This document shows positions 39,901 to 50,861 of a DNA stretch of 64,000 nt, in pieces (the first letter of the stretch is position 1; each line of letters starts with the position of its first letter). Made by a program: the position numbers and the translations under genes. Source of the DNA: Stylophora pistillata (Eukaryota). The DNA lies in the NCBI RefSeq assembly GCF_002571385.2, contig NW_019217802.1, positions 370,551-434,550 of the forward strand, read 5' to 3'. The notes below the pieces were generated by a model. The model saw nothing but the letters and a program-made list of their open reading frames with translations. It made no database searches and was not told where the DNA came from.

Positions 39901-40284
39901 TTGCAGGTTTTGGTGAAGAGAGTTGTAGCCGGATACGAAGATAGCAATTCTGAGGAGTTTAACATGGTTATGAAACGAACGGAGGAAAGGTTTAAAACGA
40001 ATTTCCCCGCCGTTAGTGAGAACCGTCCAACCATAACAACAATGGACAAAAATCGACAGATTGTTGCTGCAAGGGTGATTACGCGCGGAATTAGAAGACA
40101 CCGAGAGAGGAAACGGAGAGAAGCTTTCAGACAAAGTCTTGGTGAAGCAAGAAGTTCCATAGATATGGGAATGATCACGCACTTGGGGGAAACAAAAAGC
40201 CGTGTAGCCGACTTAGTTTTAACTGAGAAGAGACTAAGCGATTCTCTTCCAGATTTATGCAAAACTTCTCGCCAAGCTTGCTGA
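18938..40284 (+). CDS. Nav2: Voltage-gated Nav2-type channel alpha subunit (DEEA filter); start exon uncertain
   Basis: Exons: 18938-19183, 25064-25191, 25865-25945, 26087-26215, 26617-26711, 27007-27201, 27631-27691, 27907-28051, 28725-28859, 29440-29946, 30031-30219, 30682-31023, 31385-31583, 32060-32349, 33158-33331, 33889-33999, 34389-34652, 34816-34869, 35513-35650, 37233-37346, 37963-38101, 38396-38527, 39161-40284. Pore loops TLDFWE / ICGEWIE / TFEGWME / TAAGWN give D-E-E-A. IFL motif in the III-IV linker. No stop seen in the spliced frame. Confidence 0.93.
22867..22923 (+). CDS. Candidate alternative short first exon of Nav2 gene 2 ([19 protein letters not shown])
   Basis: ATG, 19 codons and a good donor (GAG|gtaggt). 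Phase 0 joins it to the TFIVITSR exon at 25064. ATTGG (reverse CCAAT) boxes lie upstream at about 22403 and 22650. Confidence 0.4.
25192..25864 (+). other. U12-type GT-AG intron, Nav gene 2 just before DI S1
   Basis: 5' GTATCCTTT, branch point TTCCTTAAT at 25847-25855, 3' CAG. Splicing restores TTNQYFENF. Confidence 0.9.
25387..25712. mobile_element. MITE / non-autonomous DNA transposon inside the DI U12 intron
   Basis: TIRs caggggcgtagccagg / cctggctacgcccttg (15 of 16 match), flanked by the direct repeat AGAAG at 25382-25386 and 25713-25717. Confidence 0.8.
32736..33085 (-). mobile_element. tRNA-derived SINE, copy 2
   Basis: Colinear, same-length copy of 5858-6207 in a non-homologous intron. 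Confidence 0.85.
35233..35442. mobile_element. piggyBac-like MITE
   Basis: Ends taaccctttaa ... tgaaagggttaa, i.e. CCC/GGG termini in a TTAA-like context. Confidence 0.6.
36134..36559. mobile_element. Possible solo LTR
   Basis: TGTTGACG...CGACAACA inverted termini, about 425 bp, strongly A-skewed. No target-site duplication found. Confidence 0.35.
38102..38395 (+). other. U12-type AT-AC intron, Nav gene 2 DIV S1-S2
   Basis: 5' ATATCCTTT, branch point TTCCTTAAT at 38361-38369, 3' CATCAC. Splicing restores QVLEMLNIIFT. Same position and phase as in gene 1, with flanking exons of 139 and 132 nt in both. Confidence 0.9.
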
Positions 40285-41196
40285 GAAAAAAACACGGAGA
40301 CTATAAACAGGGCGCCTTTATTGGACAGAGATCTTTTCAACAGAGATGTAGGGTTTAGTCAAGAATCACCCATCAGTGCTTCGCTCAAGAACAAAAAAGT
40401 ATCGGAACAAACTAAAAATGATGAAACTTGAATACTGGCCACTCTGAAACCACTCTGAATTTGATAACTGTTTTTTTTTAATTCAACTGCATTTGATTTT
40501 AATGTATCACAAGTTTTGTAATTAATTTTGAAAATTAAAGATGAAACTTTTTTTCAAGGAAAAGAATCCCATGGCATCACTTAACGTAGCGGCCTAACTT
40601 TCTTTTGTAATGCGTTCATTTTTTCTGTTCCAACGAAGTGCAATTAATTTGAATGAATATTTTTTAATTTTGTCGACGTAGCTCGAAAGATATCTTCAAA
40701 GGGGGTTGTTAATTGGTTATTTCTCGTTTTTGAACTTTTACATGCATTTAACCAGCCAATCAGACACATGGTATGAAACTCTGAATGGCTACGTCATCGG
40801 TAGACCGATTTAGTGAGCTGTCCTTTATAATTATTCATTTATTTTTCTTAACGCGTAAGATTAAACAAGAAAAAAAAATGCAAAATGCTCAGGCCGTGCT
40901 GGAGTGGGAAGAGAGAAGTTCAGACCCATATTTCTAAGGCAGGGGCTCCCCGACAACTTTTTTCAGATTTCTATTGGAGTCAACCAATACTACAAAACGC
41001 CATTTTTTGGACCGATCAGAGCGCGCGTATTACCTCAATTATTATTATTAACTGAGATGACAAAATTTTGTAATTTTTGGAAAGATTTGATGTCATCAAA
41101 GGCGCATTAAGCAATGCATTGTGACGCAGAATTTAATCGAGTGTAGGGAATTCTAAAGTTGCAGAACTTTCAGCCAAAAAGTAAGCTAGCTCGGTA

Positions 41197-41679
41197 ATGC
41201 GACGATCTACCATCCCAGGCTTTTACTTGTTCCTGATACTATGTTGTACATCTGGCAAATATTTCTCTGGAAACATCAACAATGGACAAAGTTGGGTGTT
41301 CGTCTCTGAATTTGCCTTCATTGATAATCAAGGAAAGCTGGAATACAAAGTGGAATATTCTGTCACAGGAGAATGCTGTCCCCCTGCTCTTCATCCTGGT
41401 GTTGTCACATCAGACATTGGGCGAAACTGGAAGACTTTGAAGAAACCATATATCAGACCATTTGTGATGCTGGTGATGTTTCTGTTCTTCAAAGACTGCA
41501 AGCAAGGAGCACAGACTACCATCTACTGTTCAGTGGCAGAAGAGCTGGAAGGTGTCTCAGGCCTTTACTACAGTGATTGCAAAGTCAAGGAAGGCAATAA
41601 ACTGGCAAAAGATCCTGGTTTGGCAAAGAAGCTGTGGGATGCAAGTGAGAGGATCACTGAAGAAAGCTGGAGAGATTAA
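41197..41679 (+). CDS. Chimeric ORF: TMEM145-like signal peptide/N-terminus (about 63 aa) fused in frame to a copy of the RDH last exon (about 97 aa)
   Basis: N-terminal KYFSGNINNGQSWVFVSEFAF...GKLEYKVEY...CC resembles the TMEM145 N-terminus. From 41385 the DNA is near-identical to 50567-50861 (ALHPGVV...SWRD). Confidence 0.75.
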   Translation: MRRSTIPGFYLFLILCCTSGKYFSGNINNGQSWVFVSEFAFIDNQGKLEYKVEYSVTGECCPPALHPGVVTSDIGRNWKTLKKPYIRPFVMLVMFLFFKDCKQGAQTTIYCSVAEELEGVSGLYYSDCKVKEGNKLAKDPGLAKKLWDASERITEESWRD

Positions 41680-41788
41680 CATTTTGATGAACATTTTTGT
41701 AGCTAATTTTTGATCCATTTCTATAGTTACATTCATTGAGATGTGTAGTGTAGTACAGGTAATGTGGAGGTGTTGTTTGCTTGCCCTA

Positions 41789-41965
41789 CACAGTCTATAG
41801 GGAAATGCTAATTGTAGAGGATGACAAGAATTTATGGATGTCTTTATCATTCACAGTCTATAGGGAAATGCTAATTGTAGAGGATGACAAGAATTTATGG
41901 ATGTCTTTATCATTAAATTTAGAAAAAAAATATGGATGTCTTTATCATTAAATTTAGAAAAAAAA
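41789..41965. repeat. Local tandem duplications in the RDH-derived 3' UTR (63-bp unit x2, then about 35-bp unit x2)
   Basis: cacagtctatagggaaatg...tttatcatt starts at 41789 and again at 41852. tatggatgtctttatcattaaatttagaaaaaaaa is repeated. Confidence 0.85.
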
Positions 41966-43229
41966 TGGCTGGTTGAGGTTAAATCTGTACCCAACTCTAG
42001 TGCAAGATAACTAAAGAGCTGGCTTGGGAGTCCTTGGAGAATCTCTTCAAGCAATTGTCTCTGTGTTTGAACTTATTTAAGAGACAGCATCTGTCTTCAA
42101 TAAAAGATTGTGAACATTTGAAATTTCCTCAATTTAAAAAAAGTGGTTACAAGTAGAACATTAGTCAGCAACCCTTTGAATAAATTTGTCAGGGCTGCAA
42201 TTACGATTTCTTTGTTCTTCACACCCTGGCACATCCCTACTCAGGGCGTGTCTAACAATACCGCGTAGGCTAAAAAGGACCGGAGACTAATCCATTTCCA
42301 GACCGTTTTCGGTCATCCCTGCCACTTGTGGAAGTGAAAGCGGAAGTTAAGAGATGGAGCGCGTGCAGGGTTGAGATGTTGATCTCCTTTTCTCTTGTTT
42401 TGAGGTATCTTTGAAGAGACCATGCCTGGTTTGTATTTATGTCTGTTATTCACAGATGTACTTCGATTATTTCTGGAGTTACTTGAAGTCTCTAACTTGT
42501 GACTTGTAACACTGCGAACCACGTGTTGACCTGCGCGCGGCAAGTTTCGTTATCGAATTATCGGTATAATCTGTTTCGTTAGTTAGAAAGTAGGAGATGG
42601 AATCCTGTTGTGATGTTCTGTGAGTTCATTTCTTTCCGAGACATCAAGTGCTCACTAAATCATAAATACCTAGAGCTCAATTAGACGACTTTTGCATTGG
42701 GAGGGGTTACGCATATAATTATGTAATATTTGTAAAGACAACCTTAGGAAATAAAATTTTTTTAACAGTATCTAACACTTCTTTGACTGGGCCTATTTTT
42801 TACTCTAATCCAGACAAATTCTTCTGAGAAAAAGAACTTGTTTCGAACGCTCGTTCATTGGGAGACATCAAGTTCCAGGGTTAGCAATAGTGCAAACATG
42901 GATGCAAGTGGATATTTTAAATATGGGAAGCAAGCAAGGAGTTTTACTTGAACAAAAAGTTTTTGTTGTTTTGATGCAAATTTTTCCTTTGGGTTGAAAA
43001 TTTTCCAACCAGACTATTTAAATCTTATATTTCATTGTGTATGATTATGTTCAGAGATCTGGGACCACATACATGAAGGATCAAACTGTAACCGTTTTCA
43101 ATTAAAAAAATTAAAATTTGAGATACAACATATCTAAACGTTTTCATCTCCAGGTATTTTAAATCTCTAAAGGCTTTTATGTTCAAATTTCATATTTCTT
43201 AAAATGTTGTTTTTCATTGATCATGCAAG

Positions 43230-43358
43230 GGGACCCATTGATTGGCCAAAGTATTGCTACAAAGCTGGTAGCTTACACAGCAGTAACAGTTTGTCTGGTA
43301 GCGCTCATTAAGTGGCATTTTGGTGGAGGAGTGTGCAAAAGCAAGGCAAGATTAGATG
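43230..43358 (+). pseudogene. Orphan RDH transmembrane exon (duplicate copy, followed by a gap)
   Basis: caag|...VCLVALIKWHFGGGVCKSKARLD|gtaag is homologous to 49294-49425 and 52453-52584. A degenerate signal-exon remnant lies near 42354-42428. Confidence 0.7.
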
Positions 43359-43892
43359 GTAAGAGTGTATATAAGCAGACATAATAATGATTAAGACATA
43401 CACTATGCAGGTTTATTTTTAACTCTCCACACATTGAGTTGTTGTAGATCATCATTAATAAGTCTNNNNNNNNNNNNNNNNNNNNNNNNNNNNNNNNNNN
43501 NNNNNNNNNNNNNNNNNNNNNNNNNNNNNNNNNNNNNNNNNNNNNNNNNNNNNNNNNNNNNNNNNNNNNNNNNNNNNNNNNNNNNNNNNNNNNNNNNNNN
43601 NNNNNNNNNNNNNNNNNNNNNNNNNNNNNNNNNNNNNNNNNNNNNNNNNNNNNNNNNNNNNNNNNNNNNNNNNNNNNNNNNNNNNNNNNNNNNNNNNNNN
43701 NNNNNNNNNNNNNNNNNNNNNNNNNNNNNNNNNNNNNNNNNNNNNNNNNNNNNNNNNNNNNNNNNNNNNNNNNNNNNNNNNNNNNNNNNNNNNNNNNNNN
43801 NNNNNNNNNNNNNNNNNNNNNNNNNNNNNNNNNNNNNNNNNNNNNNNNNNNNNNNNNNNNNNNNNNNNNNNNNNNNNNNNNNNNNNNNNNNN

Positions 43893-44872
43893 TTTCGAAA
43901 AACTCGACAAACTATTCAACACAATGCCTCCAAAGTATTTACAGAAATCTTCGGAAATGTTCGGGCGTTCTTCACGTTTATTCAACCGACCAATGGTGGT
44001 TCTTTGTACTAAGTCACTGTAATAGTTCCCAGGGATTGGACGTCTCTTATGAATTTACATTTACAAACGGTGACTCCTGGGAGAAACATTTATCCGGTGA
44101 AGAAACTCACGGCGTTGAGGCTCTAGCAGTGTCATTTGGAGCCACACTTGTCCTATTTTTGATTGGTTTACTTTTTGCACGAAAGCTTCTTCAACTTGAA
44201 AATAAACTACAGAAGGCCTTCAAAGTTTTCATGGCTTCTTTAAGTTGTGAGGTAATCGTTCAGCTGTTCACGTGTATCTACTACATACCGTACATTCGAA
44301 GTGGAATACAAATTCCCTATTTAAAAAATGTTGCGGAGTTTCTCCATCTTACGAGTGAAGTCCTCTTTATTCTGCTTCTAGTTTGGTTAGCACATGGGTG
44401 GACGATGACAAAAGTTCGCATCAGCAAAGACCTTTATATGTTTTGCTCGCTGCTCGCTTTTACCTACGGAGGTCTGTTCGCGTACAAACAGGCGTCCGTG
44501 GACCTTCTGTTTTTCCATTTTGTTCTTGAAAGTCTTGCGGATAAAGGGCTTCAATTTCTACGGATAATCGCCTGGGTTTGTTTTGTTTTTGGGATATATT
44601 TGTCCATCCGAAATCATTCCGATAAGAAAAAGTTCTACAGTCATTTTGGAGCTTACTACTCTGTATGGTTTTTACTAGAACCATTATCTACCATTGTCTT
44701 CTCGTTCTTTCTCAGCGGGCCAAGTTCAGTAAAAATAATGCGATTATTTCGTATTTCCTGGCTTAATTTGCTGGGGTTTGGTGGCATTTTGCGTCTTATG
44801 ATGCCAAGTATGGTTGATGTTGTCTTCCCTTATCGCGCCCCTGTTAACGAAGTTGCTACTGTACAGGTTTAA
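43893..44872 (+). CDS. TMEM145: TMEM145/GPR180-family multi-pass membrane protein, C-terminal part, intronless; frame open from the gap edge
   Basis: STDQWWFFVLSHCNSSQGLDVSYEFTFTNGDSWEKHLSGEE parallels the TMEM145 WWYIALSKC..GL.LEYEMVLTNG..W..HFSADE motif. LAHGWT motif, about 7 hydrophobic segments and a terminal FPY. Confidence 0.8.
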
Positions 44873-45728
44873 GATTGGAACAATTTTCAGTGAACAGAGC
44901 ACTTTATCTTTGCCGAGCTAAACAAAGAGGACGATAATTCTGTTGCGGAACACACAATCTTGTAAAGTAAATGACTAAATCTTGCTGTATTACCTCAAGA
45001 TACATTTGAAATTATGCAGCAAAGTGGGAATACTTCAACAGAAAACTTTCCTTAGAGCAATTTTCACGGTAATTTTTCTTTGAATAATTTTACTCCAACT
45101 AAAATATCCCAGCTTACATGGGTTAGTANNNNNNNNNNNNNNNNNNNNNAGTTCACTGCGCGCGGCGAGTTTCATTATCAGGTGTTTCGTTAGTTTGAAA
45201 GCAGGAGACAGAAACATTTTATGGTGTCCCTAGAGTTCATTTCTTTCCGATACACCGAGTGCTCATTAAAATACAGATACCTGAAGCTCAATTAGACGAC
45301 ATTGCATTGGAAGGGATCATGTAATATTTGTAAAGACAACCTTATGAAATAAAATTTTTTTAACAGTATCTAACACTTCTTTGACTGGGCCTATTTTTTA
45401 CTCTAATCCAGACAAATTCTCCTGAGAAAAAGAATTTTTCTAAAATGCTCGTTCACTGGGAGACATCCGTGCAAACGCCCACTTTGCCACGAACTTTTCG
45501 AAAATGCTGACCAACTGCACTTTGTTTATTTTGGGACCACCTTTTGTTCCACCCACCCCTACTTAAATCCAGGGTTAGTAATAATGCAAACATGGATGTA
45601 AGTGGAGCTTAGATGAGGAAGTGAGCAATGGTTATCCATTTGAACACAAATTTTGTGTTGTTTTGATGCAAGTTTTCCTTTGGGTTGAAATTTTTCTTGC
45701 CAGTTTATTTGAATTTGGTATTCTATAC

Positions 45729-45905
45729 ACCGCTTTCATAAATGGCTGCTGGATTGATATTCTTTTGTTTAAATTCAAATTAGCCTCACTAGCCTCGCTT
45801 GAGATAATGCATTCTTTTGAATTTTGAACTGGAGAACGAGGCCAGAAAGGCTAATTTGAATTTAAACAAAAGAATATCAATCCGGCAGCCATTTATGAAA
45901 GTGGT
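45729..45905. mobile_element. Foldback MITE, 177 bp with about 55-bp TIRs (second copy at 48883-49059)
   Basis: accgctttcataaatggctg...aattagcct / aggctaatt...cagccatttatgaaagtggt. It is absent at the homologous site near 43030. Confidence 0.85.
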
Positions 45906-46139
45906 CATTTGTCTACAATAATGTTTAGAGATCTGGGACCACATACTTGAAGGATCAATTTTAAACTAGTTTTGAATTAAAAACAAAATGGAAAAAATTT
46001 GAGACACAACATCTTCTATATGTATGCATCTCAAAGTATTTTTAACCTCAAAAGGCTTTTTTGTTGTCCATGAGTATTGTATCAACAGTGTAATCAAATT
46101 TCAATTTCTTACAATCATGTTTTTCATTGATCACCCAAG

Positions 46140-46271
46140 GATCAGACCCATTGATCTCCCAAAGTGCTGTTACAAAACTGGCGGTTTTTACAGCAGTAAC
46201 ATTTTGTCTGGTGGCACTCATGAAGTGGCATTTTAGTGGAGGAGTGTGCAAAAGCAAGGCGAGATTAGATG
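46140..46271 (+). pseudogene. Orphan RDH transmembrane exon, near-identical to 49294-49425
   Basis: 45906-46467 matches 49060-49620 with only a few substitutions, then diverges. No downstream SDR exon occurs before the gap. Confidence 0.7.
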
Positions 46272-47677
46272 GTAAGAGTGTATATAAGCAGGAATAATAA
46301 GATTAGATGGTAAGAGTGTATGTAAGCAGGAATAATAATGATGAAAGAATGCACTCTACAGGTTTATTTTCAACTCTCCACAAATTGAGTTGTTGTAACT
46401 CATCATCAAAGGCTTTTTCTCTTGATTTCACAGTGTTTGTGGGCACTGTTTTATTTTGCATCATGAAGGGAATATCACTTATGAGGATAATGTAGCGTCT
46501 ATGTTTGGAATTTCGCCTTCTCAAATCCCAAAGAACCTCACTTGGGAGGAAGAGAAGTACCTCTGTTGAAAGTATCGTTGCCTTCACTTGCTGAACGCTA
46601 AGATCGCTTAGACGTGCCACAGTCCTGCATTTAGAACCGTTTGTTGCCATGATTCAAGACAAACACGCCGAACATTAAGATAAGGTTCTGCAAGACTAAA
46701 TTTAATGACGTAATTGCCACACCTTCATGGTTAAAATGCGCTAAATATAAATATAGGAATGAAACAACTCAAATGCAAATTCCGTTCAATTGAAATTCCC
46801 ATTTGGGCTCCAATTTATCTTCTCCCTGAAGATTATGTTCTTTACAGGAAATAAATAAATAAATAATGTATAAGTAAACTGCGTTAGTTGATCATATTAG
46901 AGTAAGAATATTCATCCTTTTCAAAAGTATTGAAATATTTTTGTTGCACCTGAACATAATTTTGGCTTTATTTATTATAAGAACGACTGAAGTAATTAAA
47001 TACAAACATACCACGCTTCGAAATAAGCCTTACCATTAATCGTAGTTTATATATCCAATTTGTCACTGAGAACATTCCGACAGAACATGGTTGATTCACT
47101 TCAAGACATATGTATCTGCTACATGAAAACTTCCAAGTTGAACGAAAATTATGCTCTGGCTGTCGAACCAGGTTACATTGCAAGACAGATATTTATCCCT
47201 CGGATTGAAGACTCACCTGTTGTATTCATTCATTCTCGATGCACAATTAAGGACGGAAATTTTCAGCGCAGAATCACTTGCGGATTTCACGTCTCGAGGA
47301 AAACGTTTTTGTTTGGTGTATTCGAAGGTTGCATTTGCCAAGATCCTCGAAATTTAGTACAATGGTGCAGTGAAATCAGCTCTAAAGGTAAGCGGCATGG
47401 ACGACGTGTTCTTACATGCTGTTAGAAATTGGGGCAAATCTGGTCATTTAGTTTCACCCGCATTGGATGCTTCAAGACGAACCCTGCGGACAAAATTCCG
47501 TTCGGTTTACCCGTTAGAAATGATTGTTTTTATCTATGAAGATTTCGCAGAAGGAAAAGTGTCTGGTAAATTCGTAGTCAAGGGATGTTACGTAATGTAT
47601 TTCAATTTTGTTTTTCCAACACTAGAGCAAAAGTGTTGGGATTGATATCAACGTTTGTGAATCCTGGAGAACTCAAA

Positions 47678-48605
47678 NNNNNNNNNNNNNNNNNNNNNNN
47701 NNNNNNNNNNNNNNNNNNNNNNNNNNNNNNNNNNNNNNNNNNNNNNNNNNNNNNNNNNNNNNNNNNNNNNNNNNNNNNNNNNNNNNNNNNNNNNNNNNNN
47801 NNNNNNNNNNNNNNNNNNNNNNNNNNNNNNNNNNNNNNNNNNNNNNNNNNNNNNNNNNNNNNNNNNNNNNNNNNNNNNNNNNNNNNNNNNNNNNNNNNNN
47901 NNNNNNNNNNNNNNNNNNNNNNNNNNNNNNNNNNNNNNNNNNNNNNNNNNNNNNNNNNNNNNNNNNNNNNNNNNNNNNNNNNNNNNNNNNNNNNNNNNNN
48001 NNNNNNNNNNNNNNNNNNNNNNNNNNNNNNNNNNNNNNNNNNNNNNNNNNNNNNNNNNNNNNNNNNNNNNNNNNNNNNNNNNNNNNNNNNNNNNNNNNNN
48101 NNNNNNNNNNNNNNNNNNNNNNNNNNNNNNNNNNNNNNNNNNNNNNNNNNNNNNNNNNNNNNNNNNNNNNNNNNNNNNNNNNNNNNNNNNNNNNNNNNNN
48201 NNNNNNNNNNNNNNNNNNNNNNNNNNNNNNNNNNNNNNNNNNNNNNNNNNNNNNNNNNNNNNNNNNNNNNNNNNNNNNNNNNNNNNNNNNNNNNNNNNNN
48301 NNNNNNNNNNNNNNNNNNNNNNNNNNNNNNNNNNNNNNNNNNNNNNNNNNNNNNNNNNNNNNNNNNNNNNNNNNNNNNNNNNNNNNNNNNNNNNNNNNNN
48401 NNNNNNNNNNNNNNNNNNNNNNNNNNNNNNNNNNNNNNNNNNNNNNNNNNNNNNNNNNNNNNNNNNNNNNNNNNNNNNNNNNNNNNNNNNNNNNNNNNNN
48501 NNNNNNNNNNNNNNNNNNNNNNNNNNNNNNNNNNNNNNNNNNNNNNNNNNNNNNNNNNNNNNNNNNNNNNNNNNNNNNNNNNNNNNNNNNNNNNNNNNNN
48601 NNNNN
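47678..48605. other. Assembly gap (others at 2237-2247, 43466-43892, 45129-45149)
   Basis: Runs of N. Confidence 1.
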
Positions 48606-49336
48606 GCCAGTTTTGTAACAGCACTTTGGGAGATCAATGGGTCTGATCCTTGGGTGATCAATGAAAAACATGATTGTAAGAAATTGAAATTTGATTACAC
48701 TGTTGATACAATACTCATGGACAACAAAAAAGCCTTTTGAGGTTAAAAATACTTTGAGATGCATACATATAGAAGATGTTGTGTCTCAAATTTTTTCCAT
48801 TTTGTTTTTAATTCAAAACTAGTTTAAAATTGATCCTTCAAGTATGTGGTCCCAGATCTCTAAACATTATTGTAGACAATTGACCACTTTCATAAATGGC
48901 TGCCGGATTGATATTCTTTTGTTTAAATTTAAATTAGCCTTTCTGGCCTCGTTCTCCAGTTCAAAATTCAAAAGAATGCATTATCTCAAGCGAGGCTAGT
49001 GAGGCTAATTTGAATTTAAACAAAAGAATATCAATCCGGCAGCCATTTATGAAAGTGGTCAATTGTCTACAATAATGTTTAGAGATCTGGGACCACATAC
49101 TTGAAGGATCAATTTTAAACTAGTTTTGAATTAAAAACAAAATGGAAAAAATTTGAGACACAACATCTTCTATATGTATGCATCTCAAAGTATTTTTAAC
49201 CTCAAAAGGCTTTTTTGTTGTCCATGAGTATTGTATCAACAGTGTAATCAAATTTCAATTTCTTACAATCATGTTTTTCATTGATCACCCAAGGATCAGA
49301 CCCATTGATCTCCCAAAGTGCTGTTACAAAACTGGC
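48606..49336. repeat. Large palindrome (arms about 335 bp) centred on the foldback MITE and abutting a gap
   Basis: 48606-48939 is the reverse complement of about 49003-49336. The ORF track shows MHLKVFLTSK... on both strands. Confidence 0.9.
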
Positions 49337-50861
49337 GGTTTTTACAGCAGTAACATTTTGTCTGGTGGCACTCATGAAGTGGCATTTTAGTGGAGGAGTG
49401 TGCAAAAGCAAGGCGAGATTAGATGGTAAGAGTGTATATAAGCAGGAATAATAAGATTAGATGGTAAGAGTGTATGTAAGCAGGAATAATAATGATGAAA
49501 GCATGCACTCTACAGGTTTGTTTTCAACTCTCCACAAATTGAGTTGTTGTAACTCATCATCAAAGGCTTTTTCTCTTGATTTCACAGTGTTTGTGGGCAC
49601 TCCTTTATTTTGCATCATGAAAACCAAAAAAAAGAAATGAAATGAAATCTGTCACTGTCACAATCTGCATACCTTTGAGCAGAAATCAGTTATAAAGTTG
49701 CATCAAGGTTTTGCTGACTGTGCCATTTTCTTACAGGTAAGACTGTTATTGTAACAGGGGCTAACACTGGAATAGGAAAGGAGACTGCTTTGGACCTAGC
49801 CAAGAGGGGTGCAAAAGTCATTTTGGCTTGCCGAGATGAAAAGAGGGCCACAGATGCAGCAAAAGAGATTATTGCAGACACTGGAAGTGATAAAGTCCTT
49901 GTTAGAATTGTTGACCTGTCCTCCTTTAAGTCAGTGAGAGCCTTTGCTAAACTCATTAATGAAACAGAAGAAAGACTGGACATTCTTGTGAACAATGCAG
50001 GACTTGGAAGAAGTTACACGTTGACTGAGGATGGATATGAAAGTGTTTTCCAAGTAAACTATCTCAGCCATTTTCTTCTGACTCTACTTCTGTTGGAAAA
50101 AATGAAGAAATCAGCACCAAGTCGCATTATCAATGTCTCATCCATGGCACATGAAGAAATGAATGCTGATCTCCAGCTTGATGATTTTAAATTGTCCAAG
50201 GAGAACTTTGATCCATTTCAACGCTACGCTCAATCAAAGTTGGCACAGGTGGTGTTCACAAAAGAATTAAGCCGAAGACTGGAAGGTGAGTGAAATGTTG
50301 TGGGGAACAGATCACCAACCATCAAAAAATAGAAATAGTATGTTGCTACCACATGTTTGACTGTAATGACTTGCTATCCTTTTCTACAACATAAAATTCA
50401 CTTTAAGTGCAAGTATATTATATTTTAATCAGTAACAAAAACTATATTCTCAAGTTGTACTGGCAGATGTTAATGAGAGTAACAAGGATGTGATTTGATG
50501 TATATTAGCCACAGCAGCTGATAAATTAGTTTTATGTCTCCATTTAGGAACTGGAGTGACAGTTTATGCTCTTCATCCTGGTGTTGTCTCATCAGACATT
50601 TGGCGAAACTTGGAGATTTTGAAGAAACCATATATCAGACCATTTGTAATGCTGGTGATGTTTCTGTTCTTCAAAGACTGCAAGCAAGGGGCACAGACTA
50701 CCATCTACTGTTCAGTGGCCGAAGAGCTGGAAGGTGTCTCGGGCCTTTATTACAGTGATTGCAAAGTCAAGGAGAGCAATAAATTGGCAAAAGATCCTGG
50801 TTTGGCAAAGAAGCTGTGGGATGCAAGTGAGAGGATCACTGGAGAAAGTTGGAGAGATTAA
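49294..50861 (+). CDS. Retinol dehydrogenase 11/12/13-like SDR, copy A (first exon not visible)
   Basis: Exons 49294-49425 (TM), 49737-50285 and 50548-50861. TGANTGIG Rossmann motif, NNAG, catalytic YAQSK and HPG are present. Confidence 0.9.

Noticed and set aside
43434-48764. Long ORFs of 176-363 aa in the ORF track
   Set aside because: They are runs of X across N gaps.
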